A stretch of 64,000 nucleotides of DNA, taken from NCBI GenBank assembly GCA_951406725.2, contig OX597829.1:41416001-41480000 (forward strand), read 5' to 3'. The first letter of the stretch is position 1; every line of letters starts with the position of its first letter. A program made the position numbers and the translations under genes. Of the stretch, positions 41,431 through 55,891 are shown piece by piece. Below the pieces are notes generated by a model, which made no database searches, was not told the DNA's origin, and saw nothing but the letters and a program-made list of their open reading frames with translations. This DNA comes from Octopus vulgaris. Lineage: Eukaryota.

Positions 41431-42478
41431 CATACATACATATATATACACACACACACACACACATACACATATGTATACAATGGGATTCTTTCAGTTT
41501 CTGCCAATCAAATCCACTCACAATATTCTGGTTGGCCCTAGGCTAAAATAGAAGATACTTGCCCAAGGTGTCAGGCTGTAGGACCCAGAACCATGTACTT
41601 TGGAAGCAAGCTTCCTACCATGCAGCCACACTTGTGCCTATATATCCCAATAATATATAAATATATTAATTCTATTTAACTAGAATTAAAAGCTTCCTTT
41701 GTGCTATAGTAAAAAGGATTATAATTATTGTCCTTCCATAGCGTATACTTCTCAATAGGGGTGTGTATTCTTTTATTATATTTCTTTATTCTTTTACTTG
41801 TTTCAGTCATTTGACTGCGGCCATGCTGGGGTGCCACCTGAAAGAGGTTTTAGTTGAAGAAATTGAATCCAGGGCTTATTCTTTGCAAGCATAGTACTTA
41901 TTCTGTCAGTCACTTTTGCCAAACTGCTACATTATGGGGATGTAAACACACCAACATCAGTTGTCAAGTGAAGGTGGGGGTGGGGGGTAATAAGCATAGA
42001 CCCAAAGACAATTTATATGTCCCCGTACATGATACAACCGTAAGACATTTATTGGATGACCGTTAACTCTCAAGAGTTCCTCCGCCCTTTATACATACAT
42101 CCTATATATCCCAATAATATATAAATATATTAATTCTATTTAACTAGAATTAAAAGCTTATTGCTATAGTAAAAAGGATTATAATTATTGTCCTTCCATA
42201 GCGTATACTTCTCAATAGGGGTGTGTATTCTTTTATTATATTTCTTTATTCTTTACTTGTTTCAGTCATTTGACTGCGGCCATGCTGGGGTGCCACCTGA
42301 AAGAGGTTTTAGTTGAAGAAATTGAATCCAGGGCTTATTCTTTGCAAGCATAGTACTTATTCTGTCAGTCACTTTTGCCAAACTGCTACATTATGGGGAT
42401 GTAAACACACCAACATCAGTTGTCAAGTGAAGGTGGGGGTGGGGGGTAATAGACACAGACACAAGGACACATAAATAC

Positions 42479-42511
<33 letters not shown>

Positions 42512-42573
42512 AAGATATATATATATATATACACACATATATACATATACATATATATATACATATATATATA

Positions 42574-42936
42574 TCGAAATTGAAATCGAATTGAACCAGC
42601 CAGGATCCCTGGTCTGGTGGTACGTAAAAAGCACTATCCGACTCGTGGCTGATGCCAGCGCCGCCTCGACTGGCTTCCGTGCCGGTGGCACATAAAATAC
42701 ACCAATCCGACCGTGGCCGTTGCCAGCCTCGCCTGGCACCTGAGCAGGTGGCACGTAAAAAGCACCCACTACACTCACGGAGTGGTTGGCGTTAGGAAGG
42801 TCATCCAGCTGTAGAAACATTGCCAGATAAGACTGGAGCCTGGTGCAGCCTTCTGGCTTCCCAGATCCCCGGTCAAACCGTCCAACCCATGCTAGCATAG
42901 AGAACGGACGTTAAACGATGATGATGATGATGATGA

Positions 42937-42940
<4 letters not shown>
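42574..42940 (+). mobile_element. RTE 3' UTR fragment (family C, different subfamily) with three modules
   Basis: Modules differ in sequence from the 24308 copy but keep the same pairings. Confidence 0.85.
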
Positions 42941-43027
<87 letters not shown>

Positions 43028-43721
43028 CACATACACACATAATGGGCTTCTTTTAGTTTCCATCTAGCAAATATACTCACAAGACATTGGTCAGTCTGAA
43101 GCTACAGTAGAAATAGGTGCCATACAGTGGAACTGAACCTGGAACTAGTGGTTGAGAAGCAGGCTTCTTACCACACAGTTACACCTGTGCCAACACACAC
43201 AGCCATACCTAATCATTCACAAACTGACAGAAATTAGAATTGATTGTATCATCTTATTTTAAGGTGTTAAGCGGCAGAATTGCTACCACACTAGGCAAAC
43301 TGCTTAGCGTCATTTTGTCCATCTTTTTGTTCTGAGTTAAAATTCCTCTGAAGTCAACTAATCCTTTTGAGGTCTATAAAATAAGTACCAGTCAAATATT
43401 GGGGTGGATATAATCAACTAACCCACTTCCCTGAAATTACTGGACTTGTGTCAAAATTTGAGACTGTTATTTTATTTTATTCTTTATTTATTTTACAGAA
43501 TATAATTTTATTTAATTTAAATTCATCCAATGGTCAAAACCAAAAAAAATTTTACTGAATAGGTAATGATTTTCCTTCGTAGTTCTAGTAAATTCATTGA
43601 GTCTTTCTCTGTTTATTCGCTTATGCTTAATGACATTACAGTTTACATTGCAATTTTATCTTGACAGGAAACATACAACCACAAATCCAGGAACATTTTG
43701 ATACCACCTCACATATATATA

Positions 43722-44186
43722 TCTACTACATATGTGGAAATCTGTGGGTGGGTGTGTTTGTGACGTTGTTATCTAACTCCTCCTACATCGTTTTATCAAT
43801 TTCGATGAAACGACACATGAGTAGAACTCATGTCTAGAAAACTAGTGACATACTTAGATTGTTGAAAAAAAAAATCGATAATAGGGCCCCTGGAAGGGAT
43901 TCTTATATCTGCTATATATAACTAATATATTATTTTTAAACATCCAAGTGAAATAACCCATTCACTCCCGAAAGGGATCCTTATATATAGCCAAGGAAAA
44001 TAACCCATTTATGTTCGTAAATTAATTTGTATAAATCAAATTGAGTATGCTTGTTTCTTAGTATTTGAACTGAGTTATTTTTGCAATTTATCCAGTACAT
44101 CGCTTAAGCAAGTAAATAGTGTTTTCCTAAACAATAGATCCACTTATTTCAGTGAGTGACTTATTCACGAATATACCAACACTAGC
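43722..44186 (+). mobile_element. Possible old non-autonomous Helitron
   Basis: A|TCTACTACATAT start and TCAATTTCGATGAAAC motif typical of Helitron 5' ends; 3' end uncertain. Confidence 0.35.
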
Positions 44187-45495
44187 GCCGCTGAGGGTAA
44201 TATTCTCTGCGAATGCACAAAAGCTTTTTTCAGAGTTATTTACTTTGTATTGTTATTATCTCATATCTGATTTGCCTGTTATTATGTAACATGCTACCGG
44301 ATTTTAGTATACATACCTTATTAGTATTTCCTGCTAAGTTCTATATACTCTGGGAACATATTAAAGCCCTTTTCAGACCTACTTTATTTGAATTCTTACT
44401 ATTGGGTAACTAATTTCATGTTATTACATAACTGACTTCACAATTTGGGCATTCATAACTTATTGGGAATTCCTAAAAACAAGATCCTGTGTAAGACAGT
44501 TTGGTATTCTCAATAAATACACAAAAACTGTTTTAAGGGCTACATACTTTGTATTGTTGTTATAGTATTGTTGTTACTGTTACATAATGTATTGTTGTCC
44601 TTTTAGTAAATAAATAAATTGACATAATATAATGTCTAAAAGTTGATGAATACCACCTATTGATCCCCTCCATTTTCTTATTGCTCCCTCTCCCTCTATA
44701 TATATATGTAATAGCAATTATTGATTTGTAAACATTATTATGAAATGTCAGTGGAGGCAGTGGTAACAATAATAATTTTGGTGTTTTAATTGCATGTTGT
44801 AAGATGTGGAAGATGGACAATGCATGAAGTTTTAAGAAAGTATTTATTTATCATTACGTTACAATATCCTTGCCAGGTTATGATCGATCCAAAAGCATGC
44901 GAAGTAAAGTTTGTGTTTGTGTCCTCTTCATTGTTTAGTAGTTAATACAGAGACAAATAGAATGATGTTGTAAGAGAACAGAATTAGAGCTAGAGACAGC
45001 GAGAGAGAGAGTGTGAGACATTGTCTTTCTTTTCCCTCTGCCGTGTTGTCTGCCTGCTTCCATAACTCTAGTGGTTGGTTCACTAACTAATGTTAGCTTT
45101 CTCTCAACTCATGAGTTTGTCACCAAGGTGATTAACTCTGTTGAGTCCTCACGACTGTAACAAACTCTGTTGAGTCATCACGACTGTGATGAACTGATTT
45201 TTGCTTGGGGTGTGCTTGCTTATATAAAGATCTAGAAGGATAGATATATCATTGAGAACAATAGATTTAGTTGGTGAACTTGTTATCTCTATTCTAGCTT
45301 TTGGTGAAGTAGAAGAGGTTAGAAAGGGGTCAAGTGGTGAAGATATTATTTCGGCCTAGCTAAAGGCATGTGGAAGATGTAAAGCTGCTGTCAGAGAAAA
45401 ACCATTGTTCCACCATGGCAACAGTTCTGTTGCAGCGTTAATTTAAATTTGACTATGGTGGATCGAATCCACTTCATGCATGCAAGATCTACTAC

Positions 45496-45550
<55 letters not shown>

Positions 45551-45709
45551 GAAAGCTTGGCATTAGGAAGGGCATCCACCCATAGAAACCATGTCAAATC
45601 AGACTGGAACCTGGTGTAGCTCTCTAACTTACCAGTTTCGGCCGAACCGTCTCACCCATGCCAGCATGGAAATCAGACATTAAATGTTATTGATGATGAT
45701 GATGCTTGC

Positions 45710-45819
<110 letters not shown>

Positions 45820-46052
45820 ATGTATATATGTATATATATATATATATACATACACATACATGTTCATACATACATAAACATATGCATGTATGTATGAATT
45901 AAAATAATGACTCTTACAAGTCTAACTTTGTTTTTTTTTCACTTAGAATTCATCTGAGAATACAAATAAGTACATCCACTCTAATTGACAGTTTTCCTTC
46001 TTTGCTTTAAGTTGTGGCTCTGCCAACACACACACACTTATATACATATACA

Positions 46053-46155
<103 letters not shown>

Positions 46156-46722
46156 ATATATATATATATATATATAGAAGGGAAGAGGGAGCAACTGTGA
46201 GAGGGAAGGAGAGAGAGTCTGTAGAAAGTCTTATTATGTACGCACATAACAAATGCATCTGTTTATGTATAATATGCACATGGGATTCAGGCACAGCTGG
46301 AGAACTTAAGAAGTTTGTTTTGCAATCAAAATATTCTGGTCCAACCCCAAACTTGTGTAGAATCTTTGGTTAGTGTCTTTTACCAGTGCTTTGCATTGCC
46401 AAATTCTTAGGTTTGAGATTGAGCAGATAGAAAGTACGTAGAAACTCACAGGATGCATTGTAAATGAAGTATAAAGTGCCAACCATATCATTCCACAGTG
46501 TCGTGCAGATTCTGCCTGAGAATTACATTAACGATGCAACTGTCTGTGGAATAATTAGCCATTAATGATTAGGTGCCTGAAATGCACCTGATAAATTCAA
46601 TGAGTAGGCAGTGCTGTTTGTTGGTTAACAGAAATACTCATGGAAACCAAAGAAGTTTAATTTCATATTTACTTTATGTATGGATATGTTTGTTTGTTTG
46701 TTTGTTTGTGTGTGTGTTGCTC

Positions 46723-46753
<31 letters not shown>

Positions 46754-46999
46754 TGTTTTCTCATTTCCTCTCCTACTCCCTCCCTCACTCTCTGTATGAG
46801 TCTATGTGTGTGTGTGTATTCTTGTTTTCTTCTTGAGCATTATACTAATACACATTGTTTGTTGAATATTTTCTGTATATTTTTAACCATATATATATAT
46901 AATAATAATATAGGGTGAAATTAATTAATTTGGAATAATCATTAATTTCACCAAGTAGATTTCGGCATGTAAAAGCCCCATTCGAGGAAGGTTTAAGTA

Positions 47000-47183
47000 A
47001 TACTAAGTAATTAAGGGTTTAGCAACGATTTGCCTCACCACACACCGAATTTAGAAATAGCAGTCAAAGAGTTATGGCTATTCTTTCTACTTTTAAGTAG
47101 AAAGAATAGCCATAACTCTTTGACTGCTATTTCTAAATTCGGTGTGTGGTGAGGCAAATCGGTGCTAAACCCTTAATTACTTA

Positions 47184-47187
<4 letters not shown>
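47000..47187. repeat. Near-perfect palindrome, 93-bp arms, 2-nt loop
   Basis: One mismatch found (AGCAACG vs AGCACCG); centre CTACTT-TT-AAGTAG. Confidence 0.95.
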
Positions 47188-47221
<34 letters not shown>

Positions 47222-47228
<7 letters not shown>

Positions 47229-47405
47229 ATAAAAAGCACCCACTATACTCTCAGAGTGGTTGGCATTAGGAAGGGCATCCAGCTGTAGAAACTCTGCCAG
47301 ATCAAGATTGAAGCCTGGTGCAGCCATCTGGTTTGCCAGCCCTCAGTCAAAATCGTCCAACCTATACTAGCATGGAAAGCGGACGTTAAACGATGATGAT
47401 GATGA
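47222..47405 (+). mobile_element. RTE 3' UTR terminal fragment (family C)
   Basis: Terminal region and (GAT)n tail. Further short copies at ~45555-45705 (+) and ~48219-48405 (-). Confidence 0.85.
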
Positions 47406-47472
47406 TATATACACACAAACCTATATATATATATGTATATGTATTATATGTATGTATGTATATATGTATGTG

Positions 47473-47511
<39 letters not shown>

Positions 47512-48689
47512 ATGTATGTATCTCTCTCTTTCTGTATACACACATATACAGACATACAAACATACATACATGCATGCATTCATACATACATGCATGCATG
47601 CATGCATACATACATACATATATACATACATACATACATACATACATACATGCATGCATATACTTAATAATTCATGCCAAACAGATGCACATTTCAATCT
47701 ACAGATTTCAACTGAAACAGACCAAAAGACTAAATATTTTCTAGTTCAAAACATCATTTAATTTTAAATAGAAAGAAGAGAAACAAAGCTGAAACCAACC
47801 GTTAGTTTGATCATCCACTTGAAAAGGTTCAACTAATGATAAGCAGGATGAAACATCGAATTTTGCTGAAATATTTCAAATAATGAATAAATCTTAATTT
47901 TCTGCGATTTTAAGTTTCCAATCCTCTATTCAACACTTGCTTCTAGTTATATTATCAATCTTCTGAAGGTGCTGGTGCCACATAAAAAGCACCCAGTATA
48001 CTCTGTAAAATGATGGGTGTCATACTAAAACAGACAATGGAGTCTGATGCAGCCCCCAGCCTTACCAGCTCCTCTCAAACTGTCCATCTCGAGTCAGTAT
48101 GGAAAATTGATGTTGAACGATGATGATGATGAGTTTTTTATATGTATAATTATATGTTCACACATGCATGCATGCACACGCAAACACGTACATACATATG
48201 AATTATACATTTATAGTTCATCATCATCATCATCATCGTTGAATGTCCGCTTTCCATGTTAGCATGGGTTGGACGATTTGACTGAGGTCTGGCGAACCAG
48301 GTGGCTGCACCAGACTCCAATCTGATTTGGCAGAGTTTCTACAGTTGGATGCCCTTCCTAGCGCCAATTGCCCTTCCTAACACCAATGCCCTTCCTAACG
48401 CCAACATAGTTATATGTACATATATTTGTAAGTATACACATATATGTGTACAGAGTCAGCTGAGGAGATCCAGAGATTCTCAGTATAGAAAACACTTAGT
48501 AGCATGCAGGTGATTTGAACTTAAACTACCAAGGACCAAATAAGCACAAGGTAAAGTGGGATTATAACAGGAATTCAGGTGAGCAGATATAGAGATAATG
48601 ATGCAAATAAACAAATATATATGCATGAATACATGTGAATAGAAAGAAAGCAAAGACCAAAAATTTTCAGAGAATGAATATTCAAGTAT

Positions 48690-49010
48690 AAATATGTATT
48701 CTGTTGTGTCTAGGGAGAGTCATTCTGTTTTAGTGCCTTATAATTTAACACATTCACCAGTAAAATTTCCATTTATTTCTTTTTATTTTTCTAAAATTTT
48801 TGTTGCGTCTTGCAGCCTTTTTCATAGTTTTGACTCTCAAATGAAAATTTGAGAAAAATAAAAAAGAAATAAGTGGAAATTTTACCGGTGAGTGTGTTAC
48901 ATTATAAGGCACTAAAAGGGAATGACTCTCCCCAGACTCAACAGAATATGCTTCAACACACGAACTCACATAAAGAATCTTGCAAACCAAACCCCAAAAC
49001 GAAATATAAA
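48690..49010. repeat. Family D repeat as an inverted pair
   Basis: TATTCTGTTG.GTCT.GGGAGAGTCATT...TCACC.GTAAAATTTCC present on both strands. Confidence 0.8.
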
Positions 49011-49098
49011 TATATAAATATGTCGATATCTTTATATTTATGCTTGAATATTCATTGTCTGGAACTTTTAGCTATCTGTCTGTCTATCTGTCTTTCTG

Positions 49099-49140
<42 letters not shown>

Positions 49141-49454
49141 GAAGTACCATTAACATTTTTATTTTGAAAACAAACTATATTTTAATTAAGCTTAAATGAC
49201 AGAGCTCAATTTGTGGAATTTCAAGGTATCAATCTCATCCAATAGAGTTTTAAAAGAAAAAAGTTATGAGTGTTTGTTTCTCAAATTTGAGGGTGATAAT
49301 AAAGTTCTATACTTTTTTATGAATATAGTTCTATAAGTTCTTTTAATATATATCACTGGCATCATTGAAGTCAGGAAAAAATATCAATGACATTGCTAAT
49401 TTGCAATTAGTTTAATTATGTCAGCTTAAATGATAGGCAATAAAACATGGATTA

Positions 49455-50356
49455 CATGGAAAAATGCAAGTAAGAGATATAATATTCTTAAGATTATAAA
49501 CCTGTAAAAGTACAAGACAAGTTATTAGACTTGCAAAAGTTCAGGACAATTTATTACATCTGGTAAAGTACAGAACAAGAAAATTCTTACTTAAAATATT
49601 GCAGCTAAGAATAAAATCTGATTAAAAATTATTTGATTTTAATTTACAAAGTAAAATTATAATTAAAAAATGAGAGCCAGAAGTACCAATACAGCTGAAG
49701 TTTTATGCAAAGTAGAAAAATATATATTTAAAGTGCAAAAAATATTTTGAGTTATTTTATATTTTTAATAGAAGTAACAAGTAATCTCTCTATATATAAA
49801 CGGCAGTTTGTCTGTCTGCGTGTCTGTTAGGTTGTACCCTCACCCTGACCACGGCTTTCAACCGATTCTGATGAAACTTGACACACACATAGCCCAATGT
49901 CATAATTCAAAACTAACACAGCGAAAATTTTGAAAAGTTCTCCCAGTTCTGAAAAAAATCGATAAATTCGACATGGGGTCAAGAATCAGAAACACAAACC
50001 ACAGATTGTCTAGGGGACGCAACTCGACCTTTTTAACTCTCAAAAAAATTTACCATCATTTTTTTCCCATTTTTTTGCTATTTTTTGGCTATAACTCTCT
50101 AAAAATGCTTTATAGTTATTTCCCTTACAAACCCGAGCAACACCGGGCGATACTGCTAGTAACAAATAGAAGTAATAACTTGTAATAAAATTTTAGTTTT
50201 AAGAAAAGCTAATATTTTCTAAATCTAAATATTTTGTTTGAAATTTTATGTAAAAATTTTCTTGTTCTGTACTTTACCAGATGTAATAACTTGTCCTGAA
50301 CTTTTCCAGGTTTTTAATCTTAAGAATATTATTTCTATGGCTTGCATTTTTCCAAG
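49455..50356. mobile_element. MITE/foldback element with ~120-bp TIRs and TA flanks, carrying a nested Helitron
   Basis: TA|CATGGAAAAATGCAAG ... CTTGCATTTTTCCAAG|TA; TTATTACATCTGGTAAAGTACAGAACAAGAAAATT is mirrored. Confidence 0.7.
49785..50159 (+). mobile_element. Non-autonomous Helitron (short form)
   Basis: A|TCTCTCTATATATAAA ... CCCGAGCAACACCGGG hairpin ... CTAG|T; 5' ~255 bp shared with the 38016-38821 copy. Confidence 0.88.
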
Positions 50357-50624
50357 TAATATATATTGTTTCGTATACATTCAATCCTTCTTCCAAGAAA
50401 TCTAATGCTCATAGCTTAGTTTTTCCTTGGGGCTGGCTGGATTGGAGCGATCTCAAGATTAATCAGCCGAAATTGCTAGGATGATCCGGTTCTTGACTGA
50501 AGATTGAAGGCTTCGAATGTCCCGTCCGTGTTTTTTGTATCGTCTTCTAAATGTTTTACATTCTTGTCCCAGTTTGTATTTTTCTACATATAATATATAT
50601 ATAAATATATGATAGATCATTAGC

Positions 50625-50783
50625 CACTACACACATTTTTTTCTCTCGTTTTTTCTGTGTCCTTTTCTATAGAAGAGCATACGCTCGAAACGTAAAAGAC
50701 TTTTTCTATTCCAGAGCGTTATACTAATACATCTGTTTGTTTTGTTCACCATCTGTCTTCATCTTTTGTTTTTTGTAAACTCT

Positions 50784-50788
<5 letters not shown>
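50625..50788 (+). mobile_element. Short pLTR-like repeat with hammerhead-like motif (also ~51855-52028, ~30560-30710 on -, and 63965-64000)
   Basis: CTTT-CTRTAGA-A-GAGC-NNNN-GCTC-GAAACGTA-AAAG. Confidence 0.6.
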
Positions 50789-50827
<39 letters not shown>

Positions 50828-50828
50828 G

Positions 50829-51474
50829 TATTACTGGTGAAAGCCTGTTTATAGGGTTACTCTGGATTTCTCACCATAAAGGGTACCTTTACAGCATATC
50901 TTCGGACCCTAACATCTGTTGGCCTATAGCCTCTTTAAAATACAAACAATGGGGATTATGTCCCTTTGCTGCTGGTCATCAGCGTCTGGCTGTGTCATCT
51001 TTCTTCAGCTATGCCACCTGTCAGCTATGAGGGTAAAAGGTAAGGCGTTATCTCCCACTCTCATCAGCAATCAATATCCAGCTGTGGTGTAATTATCACT
51101 AATATCGCTATTATTGCTCTTATGCAGTTCCCATAAGAACTAACAGGAATCTCCTGAAATGCAAGCATGGCCTGAAAATTTCCGTTCTGGATTTCAGTAT
51201 AGTCCCTGGTATGTGTGAGTTTTCCAAGATTTCATGCGCTCGGCTTTGCATAGCTTGCAACGTTTCATTCCATGAAGGAGGACAACACAGCTGGATGCCA
51301 ATGACCAGCAGCAAAGGGAGATAATTCCAAGTGTTTGTAACAGTACCATTTTCCCCTCTGTATTTTGAAGAGGCCATAGGCCAACAGGTCTTAGGGTCGG
51401 AAGATATGCCATAAAGTTATGCTTTATGGTGAGAAACCCAAGGTAAACCTATAAAATGGCCTTCACCAGTAATA
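50829..51474. mobile_element. Element with ~130-bp terminal inverted repeats (MITE or inverted Penelope pLTR pair)
   Basis: TATTACTGGTGAA ... TTCACCAGTAATA; GCATATCTTC.GACCCTAA..CTGTTGGCCTAT.GCCTCTT is mirrored. Confidence 0.75.
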
Positions 51475-51547
51475 AATACAGACTGCTCTACTTCTACTTC
51501 TTAAAGTGTGCTTTTTCTCTGGATTTATGCTTTCTAAAAAAAACATC

Positions 51548-51578
<31 letters not shown>

Positions 51579-52025
51579 ACATGTGGTTGTCATTGCATAT
51601 AGGTGTGTCCCTTGCATCCGTCTTCAGCTGAGGGTTCCTAACCTTGTGGGCTCATGCATACTGATGGCATGTAAAAAGCACCTGTGCCAGTACCATGTAA
51701 AAGCACCAATGCCGGTGCTGCAAAAAGGCACCCAGTATACTCAGTACAGTGGTTGGTGTTAAGAAGGAGCATCCAGCCATATACCAAACCATATATATGT
51801 ATGCATGTGTATATATATGATAGATCGTTGGGCATGATAGTCGCCATGATAGATCGTTAGCCACTACACACATATTTTTCTCTCCTTGTTTTTTCTGTGT
51901 CCCTTTGTGTAGAAGAGCGTAGGCTCGAAATGTAAAAGACTTTTTCTATTCCTGAGCATTATACTAATACATCTGTTTGTTTTGTACACCACCGGCCTTT
52001 GTCTTTTGTTTTTTTCGTAAACTCT

Positions 52026-52125
<100 letters not shown>

Positions 52126-52251
52126 ATATGTATATGTATATATGTGTGTGTGTGTGTGTATAAAAATTTTCTAAATAATATTTTACTACCCTGAAATTTA
52201 TTAGTATATGTATGTATGTATGATATATATATGTGTATGCATGTGTGTGTA

Positions 52252-52282
<31 letters not shown>

Positions 52283-52828
52283 CTATCATCATCATCATCA
52301 TTTTCAAACATCCACTTTGCTATTCTTGTGTAAGTGACATAGAATTTGTTGAAACAAATTTTCAACAGCTGGATGCCTTTCCTGTTGCTAACCTTCACCT
52401 GTTTCCAAGTAAGGCAATATTTCTCCAAGGTGAAGTGTGTTTTCATGGAAGAATTGAAAAAAAAACCAGCATTTTTTTTGTATAACAGTGACACCTTTTA
52501 CAGACTACATGTAATGTTAAGGCAAAGAGACAAATGCATGCATATGTATACCCGTACATGTGCACTTCCACACTTACATATATATGAATATACATGTAGA
52601 AATATACACATATATAAACATGTGCACATACAGGTAAAAATAATATGAAAAATAATATTTCAAATTGTGTGCATTTATGTATGTGTATACATACACATAC
52701 ATATATATATACATAAACATGTACACACATACAAATATACTCACATACATCAACATGCATACACATACATATATATATACATAAACATGTACACACATAC
52801 AAATACACTCACATACATCAACATGCAT

Positions 52829-52879
<51 letters not shown>

Positions 52880-52918
52880 TATACATATATATACATATAT
52901 ATATATACATATGTATAC

Positions 52919-52950
<32 letters not shown>

Positions 52951-52952
52951 GT

Positions 52953-53047
<95 letters not shown>

Positions 53048-53159
53048 CATATATAAATACACAAACACATACACACTCATAAATCTCTTTCTCTATTTAT
53101 CTATCTATCTGTCTGTCTATCTCTCTCTCTCTCTCTCTATCTATCTATCCTTATTCATA

Positions 53160-53500
53160 AGAAGGACTCCCCATGGATCACAGAGCTGCTTTGGCAAATA
53201 ACAGTTTCATCAGGGTTTATTTGAAAGGAGAGTGGGGTGTCAGATTTCATGAGTGTGAGAAGAGGACAGGTGTGGTGTAGAGTCATAACTGTTGAAATAT
53301 TCTGAGAGTGGGGCTGCGGGGCTGATGAAGGGTGGGTTGGCTGTGGTGGGTGGTGTTGGTGGTGGTTTGAGAGGTAGCTTGAATCACAGCAGATCACATA
53401 GATGAAGTACATTGAAAGGAAAGTCGTGCCTTAGGGAGCTCCTACGTTAGTATAAGATGGCCTCGGTGGGGTGATTTTTAAAAGAATTTCTCTCAGTATT
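53160..53500 (-). mobile_element. Possible decayed Penelope-like fragment
   Basis: FQCTSS..VICC resembles the FTCxSxNVIY start of GIY-YIG; CCTGATGAAAC lies downstream. Confidence 0.3.
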
Positions 53501-53652
53501 CCTGGCAGAAGCTAAAGTGAATGCATGATGTTAGCTTTCAAGACATTTTCTCTGTGTATGTGTGTGTGTGTGTGTATGCATATATCTATATTTACATTTG
53601 TATTTATATACATGTATACATATGTGTGTGAGTGTGTATACACACATATACA

Positions 53653-53724
<72 letters not shown>

Positions 53725-53878
53725 TATATATATATATGTATATATATGTGTGTGTGTGTGTGTGTGTATGCGTATGTGTATGTATAAGTATATATGTAAG
53801 TCTCTGTATATATATATTACGTGTAGTAATGCCTTTAATATATAAAAAAATATATATATACATAAATATACATACATC

Positions 53879-53927
<49 letters not shown>

Positions 53928-54082
53928 ACACATTTTTAACCATATGTCTTTGTATAAGATACTATATATATATGTATGGTGGTGTATTTATGACTGTATG
54001 CTTGTAAATATATGTGAAACTGTGTATGGATGTAATTGTTTGTATGCATATATAACATTTTTTTTTGCACACACACACACAC

Positions 54083-54143
<61 letters not shown>

Positions 54144-54285
54144 TACCTGTTTGTGTGCTTGTGATTCCTTACAAAACAAGAAGTCAGAATTTGAGCGGGA
54201 CCCAGTTGGGGGGCATGTATCACTATCTAATATCTTTCTATTTAAAAAAAGAAAGGTTTAATGTATATATATATAAATATATATA

Positions 54286-54342
<57 letters not shown>

Positions 54343-54509
54343 GGCAATGAAAAAATATCATTTGGGAAAAATGGCATACATGTGTTTGAATATATTTTCT
54401 ACACATTTATGCACACATAACACACGCATGCATGCACATACATATATGTATATATATATATGATGATGATGATATGCATACATTTATAGATATATATTTA
54501 CATATAGTT

Positions 54510-54542
<33 letters not shown>

Positions 54543-54557
54543 TATACATAAATACAT

Positions 54558-54606
<49 letters not shown>

Positions 54607-55339
54607 TTAAATAATGAGGGAGATAAATTAATATTAATTTAAAACCAGTAGCCTAGCATACAAAAATCTGAAAAATCAGAGAAAATAATATATATATATA
54701 ATATATATATGTGTGTGTGTATGTATATATAAATATATATACACACACACAAACACACATATTGTTTTCAATGAACAGGAGTAAAAGTACTCAATGTTCT
54801 TCATGTGTACACACAATGTATGTGTGTGTTTCTGAATGTGTGTACATGCCTATGTGTTTGTGTGCGCGGTGTGTATGTTTGCATATACATATGTGCACAA
54901 TGTAGTTACTTCTGTGTATATAGCTGTTTGCATGTATCTGTATATGTGAAGACACTCATAATGTTTCCTTCTAGAAAGAAATTAGGTTGCTATTCTTATT
55001 TCGGTTTTCATTTTATTCCATTTCGTTTTTATTTTATTTTATTTTATTTTATTTATCTAACTTTTTATTCTCTTTGAGATTTCTTTGGCAGGAATAGAAA
55101 CTGAAGTAAGAAACAAGATTCTTTACAGTGTCGTGAGGAATGAAATGAGTTTTAGATAAGCTTGGCCAATGAAATAACAGGAATCAACAAAACCATTTTT
55201 AAGTAACGGTAGAATATTTCAACATGTCTTTGTGTCTTGTAGCTTATTGAGTCACAAAATTTCACACACACATACACACACACACGCAGACATATTTATG
55301 TGTATGTGTGTGCAAACATATGCATATGTATACATATAT

Positions 55340-55555
55340 TTCTTTATTACCCACAAGAGGGGACAAACAAGGACAGACATAGGTATTAAGTCGATTACAT
55401 CAACCCCAGTGTGTAACTGGTACTTAATTTATTGACCCCGAAAGGATGAACGGCAAAGTCGACCTCAGCGGGATTTGAACTCACAACGTAACGGCAGATG
55501 AAATACTGCTAAGCATTTCGCCCACCGTCCTAACGATTCTGCCAGCTCGCCGCCT
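55340..55555 (-). mobile_element. SINE family B
   Basis: Reverse copy with a small deletion in the tail. Confidence 0.88.
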
Positions 55556-55891
55556 ACATATGTATACATATAAGAAAGAGAACAAAATGTATGTACGCCG
55601 CTATATATATATAAAATACAAAATGGGACAAGAACGCAAAACATCCGGACAGTTAGGTGATACAAAATTGGACAACAAAACATCCAGATAGACGATACAA
55701 AAAAACAAGGACGAGTCATTTGAAGCTTTCTATCCTCAGTCAAGTACCAAATCATCCTTGCAATTTCGGCTGATTAATCTTGAGATTTTCATACACACAC
55801 ACAGGGACATTTATGTGTATGCAAACATATGCATATGTATACATACATTCATATATATGAGTGTGTGCATGTGTGAGTGTGTTTATCTGTA

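Noticed and set aside
44857-45497. Second solo LTR (TATA-like TTATATAAAG, ~29-bp tandem repeat at 45134-45195)
   Set aside because: No TG...CA ends with a matching TSD could be found; left unclassified.
50495-50530. Hammerhead in family E (CTGAAGA...GCTTCGAATGTCCCGTC)
   Set aside because: The GAAA box and stem III are too irregular in all three copies to call.
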